Source of the DNA: Selaginella moellendorffii
Taxonomy: Eukaryota; Plantae; Lycopodiophyta
DNA: 64,000 bases
NCBI RefSeq assembly: GCF_000143415.4
Contig: NW_003314275.1
Location: forward strand, 1,775,029-1,839,028
Direction of reading: 5' to 3'
Each line of letters starts with the position of its first letter. The first letter of the stretch is position 1. Shown one piece after another: positions 13,363-25,965 of this stretch. A program made the translations under genes and the position numbers. The notes below the pieces were generated by a model, which saw only the letters and a list, made by a program, of their open reading frames with translations, was not told where the DNA came from and did not search any database.

Positions 13363-14589
13363 TCAGAGATCCCACCGCTTCTTTATTCTAAAGAGGAGCA
13401 CTGCCTCCTGGAGATTGTTCTGCGGCAGCTGGAGCATCACCTGGAGCTTGCATTTCTTGGGGGCGGACTTGGCACCTTCATCTTCCTTGCCAACCTGCGA
13501 CGCACAAGAAGAGAAGGAACCGCTCTGTTAAGAGTCTTCCCGTCCAGATAGAATAAGGAAAGCGAAAACGAGAGCTCACCCACGCTGACGCCCAGCTCAC
13601 TCCCACGTCCGAATCGTATCCCATCTTTATCTTGAAGTTCTCCGTTGCCTTGTGCTTGAATATGGCGCTCCACGCCTCGTTGTTGAAATTGTACATGTAG
13701 CTGCGATACGAAAGATTCAATGTAGCTTCCAAACTGCTTGAACTCTAAGCAAGAACCTTAGCTTGTTTGCTTCATCAAACTGCCGCTTGAAAGACACTGC
13801 TAGCGCCTGTGACGGCCATGATATCGTGGGGCACAGCGTCATCTCCTCATCCTGCCATGAGATCACAAACGTCGCAGTCAAGCGATTTAAAGTGGGAGGA
13901 GATTTGCTTACTTTGAACTTGTATTTGAGGGAGGCATTCTCTTCCTTGTAATCCGCAACGAAGACACCGCTCCCAAGTGACGCACCAACGAAGCCGCTGA
14001 TAGATAAGGCCCGCGCTTCGTTCTTCATCTCGTCTTCCAGTTTGATCTCGCCATTGGGAAACGTGAAGCTTAGTCTCGGCTGACAAAGAAAAGAATAAGT
14101 ACTTGAACTGTCAATGCCAATAGTTCTTCCGAGTTGCGAGACCTTACCCGGGATGTGGGGGGAGTTTCGGTAGCAATCTCGGCCTTGTATCTCGAGTCCT
14201 TAGTCGTTGCGATAATTCTCAGCTCGCCTTCTTGCGCCTGGAACTCTTTCGTCAATCTCAAGGCATGGCACGATCGAACAGACCTTGACGTCCTGCATGT
14301 ACTTCGCTTGCACATATCGGCCCAAGTTTGCAGACATTGTGACGAGCGCATTCTTTTCTTCGTAGTCGTAGAGCACGGAGAGATACTTGGTCACCAGCCC
14401 GAGCAAAGGATACCGGAATTCTCCCGAGGGGTCTCTCTGGAACGAGGCCTTCAACTTTGCCATGCCATTAAGCATGCGAGCCGTGACTTTGTTCACCACG
14501 ACGCTCGCCTCACTGTCATACTCGGATGACACTTTCATGGCCATGATCCTCCGCCAGTCATCCACGTCTTTGGACGCTTGCAAATCCAT
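13363..14589 (-). CDS. OEP37: Chloroplast outer envelope pore protein 37 (multi-exon)
   Basis: KVSSEYDSEASVVVNKVTARMLNGMAKLKASFQ..TKYLSVLYDYEEKNA, KIKMGYDSDVGVSWASAW and C-terminal KLQVMLQLPQNN..LLFRIKKRWDL*. Short GT-AG introns. Confidence 0.85.
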
Positions 14590-15177
14590 CCTTGGGTGTG
14601 GCTGCAAGGACAACAGGATAACAATGTTGATAAGAAACTGAAAGAACAAAGGAGAAAATGACGAAATTCCATCCCAACACGCCAAGAACCAAGCGATGGC
14701 CAAGAAATCCACAAGAAAATGCCAGACAAAGCCCTAGATCTACCAGCATTGCGAGATTGGCGAGCAAGGAGGAGCGAAATCACTTACACCGAGCTGGCGA
14801 TTTGGCGGAAAAGAAAACCCTGGCAGCTAAGATTAGTCCCGGCGCCCAAGAAACCGGGAGAGATCGCCTCGCCGCGGCGCCAGGATCCGCGCCATCGCCA
14901 ATGCCGCGGCAGCTCACGATGGAAGGCGTGCTCCACAAAACCCCAGAAAAATCAATCCACGCCCTTCCTCCTTGTCCTCATCAAACCTAAAGTCCCTCTC
15001 TTCTTTGCGCTCGTGGAATACAGAGGGGAAAATTCAAACTTTTTCCTCCCTATATTTTAGATTTTAGCCTTTTTCGCATTTTCTTTTCGTTTTTCCGAAT
15101 AATGACAACCACAGCCAAAAGGAGACATGGAGTATTCATATAATTTACAAACTTAAAGGTGGTGTGATTTATAAATC

Positions 15178-16559
15178 CTAGGATTCATCGTCCCAGAGAT
15201 CTTGGAGGGTTTTGTAAGGGCCATTGGTGGCATTGCAAAAGAACCAGCACGTATTCGTTCGCCGCTGGCTGATCTCCTGGAGATCGCGCATGTGTTGCTC
15301 ACTCAAATCCCACCCAAACACGTCGAAGTTCTCCTCAATCCGCGAGGGATTGAAACTCTTGGGAAGAACACTCGCCCCATTCTGGACCCCCCATCGCAGA
15401 GCAACCTGGGAAAAAAATTTAAGAAATCCTAGAACTTAGCAGAAGATGGAAGTTTTTGGGCTTGTCCCGTCTTTGCTTTGGATTCTAAAAAGAAAAGTTT
15501 GAATTTTTTTTCTTACCTGGGCTGGAGTTTTGCCGAGCTTGCGAGCTATGGCATTGATCACAGGGTGGTGAATTACTTCTGTGGTGCCGTAGTACGTGCC
15601 TGGCGCAGCAAGGGGTGACCACGCACTGACGTGAATCCCCTTGGAGCTGCAAAATTCACGAAGACGTCGCTGCTGCCAAACCGGATGCATCTCCACCTTG
15701 ACAAGCAACAGTCGTCATTTCTTTTAGTTTAAACACACAAACAATCAAGACAAAGTTCTATTTTCTTCCTCTTTCCTTGTGAAAAGAGGATCAAGAGAAG
15801 AACCATCAAGAGAATAAAAATTATAAAGGATAAGAGAATTGAAAAACTTACTTGATCCACTGCAGGGGTGATTGTGGCGTAGCTGAGCAAATCGGTGAGC
15901 TTCTTGATGGAGAAGTTGCTGACACCGATTGATTTGGCGAGGCCCAGGCTGATGCATTTTTCCATCTCACGCCAGGTGCTCTGGATGTCCACCGGGAGGA
16001 TCTCCTCCTCCTTCGGCGGGAGCTTAGTGCCCTTCTTGAGCTTCACCGGGAAATGCATCAGGTAGAGGTCCAAGTGATCCAGCTGGAGCTTCCTGGATCA
16101 ATGTGATTACATCGAATCTCTCTCTCTTTTCTATACAAGCAAGAAAAAAAAAAGACGAACTGTTCCAAGCATGATTTTATACATACTTTAAGCTCCGTCG
16201 CAACGCAGGGATCACATCCTCGGTATCGTGATCGTCGCACCATAGCTTGGATGTGATAAACATCTCCTCTCTCTTGACAATACCACTGCTGAAAGCTCTC
16301 GACAGCGCATCGCCAATCGCTGGCTCACTCCCATAGGAGCTCGCTGTGTCAATATGACGATAGCCAATCTGGAAACAATCCAAAGATAAAACAAAGGATT
16401 CATGGTGAGCAAGAGAAAGAGAAACACCTTGATTGCATGAAGCATAGCATCAGTGATCACATTCCGGGGCACGGCGAATCCAACGCTGCCGAGGCCGAGC
16501 GCGGGGATTGAATCCCCTGAATTGAGAAGGTAGCGCAGGGGTTTGGATTGAGTCGGCAT
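15178..16559 (-). CDS. Aldo-keto reductase (plant AKR4-like), multi-exon
   Basis: [70 protein letters not shown], ending DLWDDES*. The D-Y-K-H catalytic tetrad is present. Confidence 0.93.
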
Positions 16560-17131
16560 TGCCTCGCCTGAATGAAGAGACAAGGAAAGGATTTGGCGAG
16601 GATACTGGAAAAAAAAGGATCTATGAGCGAAATAGCAAGTGGAAGAACAGCTGATTTCTCGATATTTTCTCTTTTCTCCCACACTCTGTTTTTAGTTGGG
16701 TTTCTTTTTCCTTCCTCTTCCTTCCATTCGCTCCTTCTACTGTCCAAATCAATCCACAGGGAAAGTACTGGAATATGAATGAATTGGCAGCCAATCCGGG
16801 GGATTTGACTCCATGCCTGTGCTGGCGCTCTCGTTTTCATATTTAAGAAGGCACCATCAGCACAAACAAAGGAAGAAAAAACTCATGTATGGCATACTTA
16901 CAACAGTGGCAAAAAATTTGATCCTGGGATCGGATCCAGGATCGGAGCGCGCAGATGCAGCCAATTTGCCAACTCACTTGAAAGTCAGTGGACGAATCAA
17001 AGCCTTTTCTCCCACCATTGTCTATTTTGGTTTATCTTCAATGGTCATGGGAATCAAAGATTTGGGGCTTTTGGATTGTTCTGCAAAAAATTCTCCACTT
17101 TTCCACTGCTTAGCTGGGACATGATTTGCAC

Positions 17132-20131
17132 ATGCGAGCAAGTCCACCGACCAGAGACTTGCTCAGCCGGATACGCGTGTTTGCAGCACAAAGGGATTTG
17201 TCACAGGCAAAACATCTCTACTCCCTTCTCCAACAAAACAGATACTGTCTGGACAAGCTCACCACGAATCAGCTCATGAGAATGTTTGGCAAGTGCGGGA
17301 GCGTCGAGGATGCCCGCAAATTGTTTGATCAGATTGACAACCCCGACACAGTGCAATGGAACATCATGGTTACTGCATATGCCCAAAACGGGCATTTTCA
17401 GAACGCAAAGTCGATGTTTGATTCAAGCCCACAGCGTGATATGGTTTCTTGGAACACAATGTGTCAGAGTTTTTCGTGGAGTCACAAAGTTGATGAAGTG
17501 TCTCAATGCTTGCTAAAGATGCCACAGCACAACGTAGTCTCGTGGAACAGCCTGCTTTGCACATTTGCCCAGAACGGGCATTACCTGAAAGCGCAGGCAT
17601 TGTTCGTGGCAATGCCTGAAAAAGACGTGATTTCTTGGAACATTGTCATCTCCCAGTACGCGGAGATCGATCTAGATCGAGCAAAGTTGCTGTTTGATCG
17701 TGCTCCCCAGCACAGCGTCGTGACTTGGAATGTTTTGATTGCGCATCACTGTGAAGAATCGAAGAGGGTGTTTGATACGATGCCTTGCCGAGATATAGTC
17801 TCGTGGAACAGTCTCTTAGACGTGGATCAGGACCAAGAAATCTTTTCCAAGATGCCCTCGCACGACGCAATCTCGTGGATCACAGTCATTGCAGGAAATG
17901 CCCGTGAGGGGCATCTGGATTGTGCCATGGATCTCTTCGATCGCTCGCCAAGCCGATCGCTGGCGCTGTGGAACGTCATCCTCTCCGGATTCGCGAGCTC
18001 CGGGGACGTGAATCGAGCTCGATCGATCCTCTCTTCCATGCCCCGGACGGATGTGATCTCGTGGAACTCGCTCCTCGCGGGACTGCTCGAGTTTTCTTCT
18101 CTCCGCGACGCAGGCGAGCTCTTCACAGCGATGCCGCACAGAAATCTCTCGTCGTGGACGCTGCTCGTGGGCGGATACGCGCAGCACTGCGAAACGCCCC
18201 GCCAGGCCGCCGCGATCTTGCTCGAATCGATGCCGCAGTGGGACCTTGTGCCGTGGAATGCCGTGCTCTCGGGGATGGCGCGCGCGGGCGACGCCGCTGG
18301 AGCCAAAGATCTCTTTGATCGGATGCCGGATCATCGCAATGCCGTGAGCTGGATCATCTTGTGCGAGCTTGGCTGCTCGATGATCCCATTTGAGGCGTTT
18401 GACAAGATGCCCGAGCACGGTACCGCGGCGGTACTCGCCGTGGTGGCCGCCTATGCGCGGTGCCTGCGGTGGGATACCGCGCGGTACCTCTTCGAGACGC
18501 TTCCTCACCGTACCCTGGTGGCGTGGAACGCGTACCTCGCGCTGTGCGTCGCTCAGCCAGCGCTGGCCCGGCCCGCCGCGGTACTGGGCCGGATGCCGCA
18601 GTGGAGCGCCGTGTCGTGGAGCTCGATCGTGGCGGCCAGCGGCAAGAACTCCAAGCTGGGCATGGATCCCGACGAGGAGGAGGCGAGGTTGCTGATAGAA
18701 ATGACCGCGGCGGCAGCAATTAATTCGTCCTCCCCCTCCCCGGAGCCGCGATCGATCGCGCTAGCGACGACGCTGCTCGTGGCGCACGCCCTGAATGGCG
18801 ATACCGCCAGCGCCAAGTCGGTGTTTGACGATACCGCGCGGCGCGACGTGGTGGCGTGGACCGCAATGGTGACGGCTTCGTCAATGGGCAAGGACCCCGA
18901 CCATGCTGCCGCGGTACACCGCCGGATGCCAGCGTGGAATGTGGTGTCCTGGAATGCGCTCGTCTCGGCATATGCCCAAAACGGGCATACCGCCGCGGCA
19001 CGCGCAGCATTCGACGCCATGCCCGAGAGAAACCTCCGCTCTTGGAACAGCATCATCGCGGGGCTCGCTCACAATGGCCTTCCGCGATTGGCCATCGATC
19101 TCTTCGAGAACGAGATGGATCTACCGCCCAACGAGGTGACGCTCACGACGCTCCTGGATGCCTGCGCGGAGCTGGGCGATCTGGCGCTGGGGATCGCCCT
19201 CCACAAACGCTGCGCAGAGCTCGACCTCGATCGCCGCAGCGTCGTCGCCACCGCGCTGCTCGACATGTACTCTCGGTGTGGGCGCGTGGATCAAGCCAAG
19301 CGCGTGTTTGATTCCATGCGCGCCAGGGATGAGCGCGTCGATCTCGTGACGTGGAACGCTATGATCGCTGGATTCGCGAGGAGCGGCCACTCCATCGAAG
19401 CCCTGGAGCTCTACCGCGAGCTGGAGAAGCTCGATCGTGAGCTCCAGCCCGACGCCTCCACCTTCGCGGCGGTGATAGATGCCTGTGCCAGCGCGGTACC
19501 GCCGGCGGTATCCGAGGGGAGAGCGATCCACCGGCAAGCGATCGCGCGCCGGATGGATCACGATCCGGTCGTGGGCAGCTCGCTGGTGGCGATGTACACC
19601 AGGATCGGCGGATTAGACGCTGCCCAGCGATGCTTCGATAGGATCACTGCCAGGAACACGGTGGCCTGGAACTCCATGCTGGTGGGATTCGCGAACCACG
19701 GCAGCGGCACTGGGGTGATCCAAAGCTTCCACGCGATGCAGCTGGACGGGGCGATCGCGGACGCCGTGACGTTCGTGGCGGTGCTGAGCTCGTGCTCCCA
19801 CGCGGGATGGATCGTCGAGGCCGGGCAGTGCTTCCAATCCATGGCGGCGGATTTCTTCATCGCAGCCACGCCAGAGCACTACAGTGCGATCGGGGATCTC
19901 TTCGCGCGGCTGGGGCAGATTGGCGAGGCGCGCTCACTCATCCGGGCCAAGCCCTACGAATCCAGCGCCGCGGATTGGATGAGCCTGCTATCGGCGTGCC
20001 GGATCCACTGCGACGTCGAGCACGGCGCGAGCGCAGCGGCGCAGGCATTCGAATTCGGCGAGCTTGACGATCCCATCGCCGCCGCCAGTGGCACTTGCAA
20101 GCTCTTGCTGGGCATGTTCTCCGCCCTCTGA
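17132..20131 (+). CDS. PLS-class pentatricopeptide repeat protein with C-terminal E-type region and no DYW; intronless
   Basis: ~1000-aa ORF of repeated 'MP.. .VSWN.....YAQNGH...A..LF' short motifs, then P/L/S-type motifs, VTFVAVLSSCSHAG, EHYS.I.DLF.RLG and W.SLLSACRIH.DVE.G. Confidence 0.93.
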   Translation: MRASPPTRDLLSRIRVFAAQRDLSQAKHLYSLLQQNRYCLDKLTTNQLMRMFGKCGSVEDARKLFDQIDNPDTVQWNIMVTAYAQNGHFQNAKSMFDSSPQRDMVSWNTMCQSFSWSHKVDEVSQCLLKMPQHNVVSWNSLLCTFAQNGHYLKAQALFVAMPEKDVISWNIVISQYAEIDLDRAKLLFDRAPQHSVVTWNVLIAHHCEESKRVFDTMPCRDIVSWNSLLDVDQDQEIFSKMPSHDAISWITVIAGNAREGHLDCAMDLFDRSPSRSLALWNVILSGFASSGDVNRARSILSSMPRTDVISWNSLLAGLLEFSSLRDAGELFTAMPHRNLSSWTLLVGGYAQHCETPRQAAAILLESMPQWDLVPWNAVLSGMARAGDAAGAKDLFDRMPDHRNAVSWIILCELGCSMIPFEAFDKMPEHGTAAVLAVVAAYARCLRWDTARYLFETLPHRTLVAWNAYLALCVAQPALARPAAVLGRMPQWSAVSWSSIVAASGKNSKLGMDPDEEEARLLIEMTAAAAINSSSPSPEPRSIALATTLLVAHALNGDTASAKSVFDDTARRDVVAWTAMVTASSMGKDPDHAAAVHRRMPAWNVVSWNALVSAYAQNGHTAAARAAFDAMPERNLRSWNSIIAGLAHNGLPRLAIDLFENEMDLPPNEVTLTTLLDACAELGDLALGIALHKRCAELDLDRRSVVATALLDMYSRCGRVDQAKRVFDSMRARDERVDLVTWNAMIAGFARSGHSIEALELYRELEKLDRELQPDASTFAAVIDACASAVPPAVSEGRAIHRQAIARRMDHDPVVGSSLVAMYTRIGGLDAAQRCFDRITARNTVAWNSMLVGFANHGSGTGVIQSFHAMQLDGAIADAVTFVAVLSSCSHAGWIVEAGQCFQSMAADFFIAATPEHYSAIGDLFARLGQIGEARSLIRAKPYESSAADWMSLLSACRIHCDVEHGASAAAQAFEFGELDDPIAAASGTCKLLLGMFSAL

Positions 20132-20495
20132 GATTATTCTAGAATATTCTATCTAACTTAAGGGACGAGAGGTATAAAGAAGCATATTCTTGTTTTATTC
20201 TTAGATCTGACCTTTCCCACTTTAACCTACCGTTAAGCAAGCTTAAGTGCTAAGCATATTCTACGACGTGACGTGGCAGGATATGATCCGTTCGATAATG
20301 CCAAACCAGGAATATTTTCATCATCAGCTCTAATCGGGCACCGAGACACCTTCCAATCAGGCTGTCTGTGCTCGAAGGCCTCCAGAAAACAATTAGCTAC
20401 TAGCCATGTACAGGAAAATGTTACCTCCTCTAATGTTCTGTGCTTCATCTTCGCGACTCGATTCTTCCTCGTGGATCTTCTTCGTGATCACCGCA

Positions 20496-22671
20496 TCATA
20501 GTGTACAAACGCTGGGGTTATTCGTTGCCGATGCCGGGAAGAAGTCCAGCACGATCACGCTCGTGTTGTCCTTGGTCTTGAGCAGACGAGCGTTGCCGAC
20601 TAGCAGCTGTGCGATCTCTTCGGCGTTCATCGGTGGGAGTGGCATCCGGCCATCGATCGTGGACCGACCGTCCCGAGCCTGAGCGCGCGAGTTAGCGGGG
20701 TAAAATACATCGAAGGGAACATACCTCAATCGCCAGCTGAATAGCTCTGATCGGGCTTAGCACGTCCCAGAGCCCGTCGCTTCCCATGACTACTATACCT
20801 TTGCTGTCCTTGGTGATCTTGAGGACTTTGCTCACGTAAGGCTCCGCCGAGAAGCAGGATTCTTCCTCCTTGAGGAACTTATCACCCAGAGCCCGTGCTA
20901 TGTTCATCCCTGGAAAACCAGTCCAAACAGCAAAACAATTTACCAACCAGTGCAAGGAGACGTTTTTAGAACTTACCACAGATGCGGGTTTCGCCATCTT
21001 TTAGCTTTCGTCCCATTTCCAGAAGCCGTGCTCTCTCTGTTGGACTAGTAAGCCTATGGTCCTCTGTCAAGACAACCGGCTTTCCTCCGACACTGAAAGA
21101 ATGAAATCAAGTTCTGGAACTACCATAATCAAAGCAGACACAAACCTTAAAACACACGATGAATCACCGAGATTGGCACATTGCACGAAATACTCCTGAC
21201 CAACGCTTGACCATAATAGAAGAACTGTGGCTGTGCAACCCTGGAAGTCAGCAATAGAACGGTTACACATTCTGACCCATAGAGCACAGCTACATACAAC
21301 TCACCTCGTACTCGCAATTCAAGGCTTCTTCAGTTTCTTTGAATGCATCTTTTAAAACTTTAGCCGCATCACATTGAGTTAGGACGTCGATCCTCTCTCC
21401 TTCCACCGTAAGAATGTCCGACAACTTCTGTGGTAAAATCCTGTTGTTGAAAAACAAAAAACGAGGCTTCACCATACAGCTCTGGTATACACATTTGAAT
21501 GAACATACCTGCTAGCAGCTTCGGCTGCTGCAGGACCGCCGTGCCCATCGAAAATGCAAAAGACTCCAAACTGGATGACACAAAAATGCTTAAACCACTG
21601 TCCAATGAACACAAAAGTACTACCTGCTGAAGTCCTCGCAGTGGCCACTCACAGTGGCAGACATCTTCCATTGACAATTTTTCCCTCCGAGAAGTCATCG
21701 CATCTGCAGCCACCCCAACACCAAATGGCACCGAAGATACAGAGAACTTGGCGTCCTTCGAAGCTGAGAGATGAACCTGCACGAACTCTCGTGTAAGAAA
21801 GCAGCAAATAAGAAGATTCCAGTATGATACTTACGAGTATTTGAGAGGTCGATCCTAACGTCAAGACGTCACCACTGGTAAGACCAACAGGTGCGCTTCG
21901 ACGTCTGCGAGGTCCGGAAATGGATATGGACCTGTGATTTAGGAGTGTTCCATTTAGACTACCCAAGTCTACAAGCTCCCATCGTGAAACCTGAAACGTC
22001 TAACGACGATGAGTCCACGTATGAAGCACAAGACCAGGAAACTTACGTCACAGTTCCAGTTTATCACTGCATGCTTTCCGGAGACCTCGGAATCGTTCAA
22101 CACAAGATCGTTTTGAGAAATCCGGCCGATCGACAAGGCGAGTCCGCCATCTTCCGGCAACGTTCTGAGAAGGCGATTACCCGCCGAAGGCCCAGTAAGA
22201 ACTTCCAAGCTTATGCTACTACCTGCGTCTGCCAAACCAACAGTGTCAAGATTTAAAAAGAAAAGAAAACAGTGGAAGTCAAAGAAAGCATGCTTAGGCG
22301 ACTGGCTTACGTTGTGCGCCGGTACCCGACGATGGTAGAGAATGCCTTTCGTGAAAATTCGGAACCACTAGAGAGTCGCGAGAGACGATGGTGGCCGACG
22401 CCTCAATCCTGGGTTCCTTCTTGTTCCCAAAGTTTGGGCGCTTGAGAGTCTCTCCAATGGAGAAATCTTTGGAGAGGAGAGACTCATTTGCATCCTACAA
22501 GACAAAGAAGAAAAAGAGTTAGAACTTACACACTTAGAAAGAAAAGAAAGAACCAATTACCTCTTCATCGGTCGAGGCCGAGCAGCAACGCCGCTTAATT
22601 GCGCACGCCAGGAGGACGATGCAAGGAGCTATCAACACGGCAACAGCAGCGATCAAGACTGCCTCTTTCAT
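20496..22671 (-). CDS. KAPP: Kinase-associated protein phosphatase (N-terminal TM anchor + FHA + PP2C), multi-exon
   Basis: MKEAVLIAAVAVLIAPCIVLLAC anchor. FHA motifs IGR..NDLVLNDSEVSGKHA..GSLNGT. PP2C motifs MEDV, GIFDGHGG, GCTAT, ANLGDS, NIARALGDKFLK, GSDGLWDV, KDNTSVI. Confidence 0.9.
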
Positions 22672-23099
22672 GATGGAGTTCCACTCCCAGACATGTGTCC
22701 ACTACCTAAAAACTCGAAATCCCTGGCCCGCGAGCAGCGATTCACCTCTAGAAACAAGCGCTAAGATAGAATCGGAGCTGGAGCTGGAGCGATATTACGC
22801 ATTGCGCCTCGCGCCCGTTGACGCAACCAAAGCTGCTCGATTCGGCGATTCCCAGCTACAATTTCCACGTAGCAGAGCCGGGGCCAATGCAGGAGCCCTT
22901 GCGGCAGCGCATTTGGCAGCTCCAGCTAGGAGGACGCTGCTGTGCTTGCTATAAGCCCTAAGTCCATGGCGTTGCGAGATACCTCGGATCTCACCGTCCA
23001 TCCCCTGGTCATTATGACCCGGAATGGCGTGGGAATAGAAGGAAAGAAGCTCGAACCCGGCACCTCCCACTTGGCTGCGACAACGCAGTGCTTTTGCTG

Positions 23100-23167
23100 A
23101 CGCGTGTCACGGCAATTCACCTGTCCGTGGCCTAGTGACGTGTCCAGTGACGTGGAGTAGTACGTGG
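23100..23167. promoter_or_regulatory. Cluster of ACGT-core elements (CE3-like + three ABRE/hexamer-like sites) in the divergent KAPP/NRP intergenic region
   Basis: ACGCGTGTC at 23100, ACGTGTC at 23138, ACGTGG at 23150 and 23162. Telo-box TAGGGTTT at 23351. Confidence 0.5.
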
Positions 23168-23385
23168 ACCAGACCTAGAATGCCCGAGCCTGCTAACGAA
23201 GGGAAGCTAACGGAGCTATAGTGGCGGCCCGCAATTAGGGTTCTAGCGTCCGAGGGAGCGAGCGCGGGCGCGGGCGCGGGAGGCGCTGGTCGTGCGGCTG
23301 CTGGTTTGTGGAGGTTTTATTCGTTGTTTTCTCACTCCCAGGGTTTTGGGTAGGGTTTAAGCGCTTTGTGGCAGCCATTGGGGCC

Positions 23386-23986
23386 ATGGCGGAGAAGAAG
23401 AAGGCCAAGGCGGACCATGAGGAAGTGTCGGAGGTAGATAACGAGCTAGTTAGCGCTATTGAGAAGTTACAGGATGTACAAGACGAACTTGAGAAGGTAC
23501 TGAGGAATTTTGGGGATTTTGCGAGTGCTCAGTGAGCGTGAATTGGATTGACAGGTAAACGAGGAAGCTAGTGATAAAGTTCTGGAAGTTGAGCAGAAGT
23601 ACAATGAGATCCGGCGGCCCGTTTACAACAAGAGGAACGAGATTATTCGAAGTATACCGGATTTCTGGCTCACTGCTGTAAGTGGAGAGAATGTAGGCCA
23701 TTTTTGTCACTAAGTCGGGGGTGTGTGGATCATAGTTTCTGAGCCATCCAGTTCTATGCGATCTGCTAAGCGAGGAGGACCAAAAGGTTTGCCTCCATTC
23801 AAAAAAATGTTTTTTTTTTTCTCAAGTCTGGCATTGATTGACACGTAACACAGGTTTTCAAGCATCTACAGTCTTTGGATGTAGAGGATTTCAAAGACGT
23901 GAAATCTGGATACTGCATCACATTCGTAAGTCGTTCTCTGCACGTTCCCTCGGCATTTATTAAGCGTTTCAATTCCTTCTCTGTTC

Positions 23987-24017
<31 letters not shown>

Positions 24018-24701
24018 CTCGGACAGTCGTTCAAACCAAACCCATACTTTGAAGATACAAAACTAGTAAAGGTTTTCCGGTTTTCCGATGAAGGTACAAC
24101 GTCGATTTCTGGCACGAAGATTCGATGGAAAGACGGAATGGTAAACGCAGAGCTTAGTTGATTTCTTGCGCAACTGACTTGGTTTTGTTCACAGGATTTA
24201 ACAAACGGGGCCGCTGTAGAAAAGGAAGGCAACAAACGGCCTTTAATAGAAGAGAGGTTTGTTTAATTTGCTCAACAATCTTTCATCGTTTTCTTCCCCG
24301 CAGCTTTTTCAAGTGGTTTAACGATAGCCAACAGAAGGAAACGACCGAGGGCATTCAAGACGAGGTACCGAAAGAAAAAACTGCGTCTGTTTCTAATCCT
24401 TCAGGCCATGCTCTCCAGGTCGCGGATGTCATCAAAGAGGATTTGTGGCCCAATCCTTTGAAGTACTTCAACAATGTATAATGCTGTGCATTACTTTCCA
24501 ATTCCCGGTTCTGACGAAAAGTGGCAGGATGGCGACTCGGATGAATATGAAGACGAAGAAGAGGACGATGAAGACGGAACGGTGAGCTTGTCTCAGTGTT
24601 TTTCTTTTTAATCACATCCAAGATCTCAGGGCGCAAAGCGAGTTGCCGATGGTTTTGAAGAAGAAGAAGAAGAGCCAGACGACGACGACGATGAGGAGTA
24701 G
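23386..24701 (+). CDS. NRP: NAP1-related protein (SET/NRP histone chaperone), many short exons
   Basis: [13 protein letters not shown]|[32 protein letters not shown]|[48 protein letters not shown] and an acidic tail ending DEE*. Confidence 0.92.
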
Positions 24702-25965
24702 AAGCTGGCGCGCGAGCGATGTTCATAGCTTGAGAAAAATGACCCGCAGCCATATTAACACTACATTTCCGTGAGACACACAAGAGAGTGAGTGATAGCA
24801 AGTACGAGTTTCTACAGCAAAAGAAGGATTTTCCCGCGTAGGTAGCCTTTCCTTTTTTTTTTGTTTAGTTTGTCCCCTCTTTGGAAAAGTATCAGGGTTG
24901 ACTTCCACAAAACAAAAAAGCTTCGAATTCTTGCGCCGGCAACTTGAAGCCCACGAGATGAGATGATTGAATTGTTGCAGTAGTGCCAAAGTCGCAGAAG
25001 ACCTCAACAAAACCATTGAATCCTGCGTCGCCACCTTTTTTTATGGTGGCCGTTGTGCAGGTGCAGAATTCTGAAACTTCAACTTGAAAGCCCCCCCCGG
25101 AATTCAAAGTTAGTAGACAAACAAAGCGAGGAAATCACAGAATCGAGTCGCGATGGTGACGCAAGCACGAAAAGGTGACAGATGAGATCCCAATTCACCC
25201 AATCTCCATGGCTACCGACCAAAACCCGCGCGGTCAACCACTCTGTGACCACGGGCCCTGCGAGTGTGAAAGCACTCCTTAGTCAACGCCCACACTGTCA
25301 GTCAATGCCTTGTTCGCCCTGACAGGAAAGGAAGCTCCCGCGAAACCCAGCCATGGAAAGCGAGCAGCTTCCACTCACCATCACCGACCAGATCCTAAAA
25401 CCTCGAAGATCAGCGGCGAAGCGGCGGCCAGGAATTCCGTCGTGGTACACATATCACAGAAAGCAAGAAATATTCCCACGACAAATGCGAAACACATGCG
25501 CAAAAGAAAACCCTAATCAAAATGCGCTTAAATGAACAGGGCTTAAAAGCACAAAACCCCACGAAGCTGCTGGCCGGTTTCACATTGCGAGAGTTCCCGA
25601 AAGCTCTTTAAAGCAGGAAAAGGTTCACCCTCTCTCCCCAATCCCAAACAAAAGCAACGTTTTTCGCCAATCCAGCTGGCGGGACACGAGGAGCCGGGTC
25701 GAGACGAGTTAAAACGAGTGCCGCGAGCTATATCTCGGGTTTCTTGGTTGAGCGCCATATATACCATCGCAGCGCGCTGACTTGCAACTCACATTGATTT
25801 TGCGCGAAGGTGGGGGTCGCTGACTTTGCCCATTCTTGGAAGTAAAGCAGCGCGTTCGCCCGCCGCTGGTATAAGAATCGCCACCGAATTCTCATTCTCG
25901 CAGGGAGAGGAAAGATCCTCGCGACGACGAGGCAAGCTTCACAGGGGAGGATCGCGCAAGTAGGA

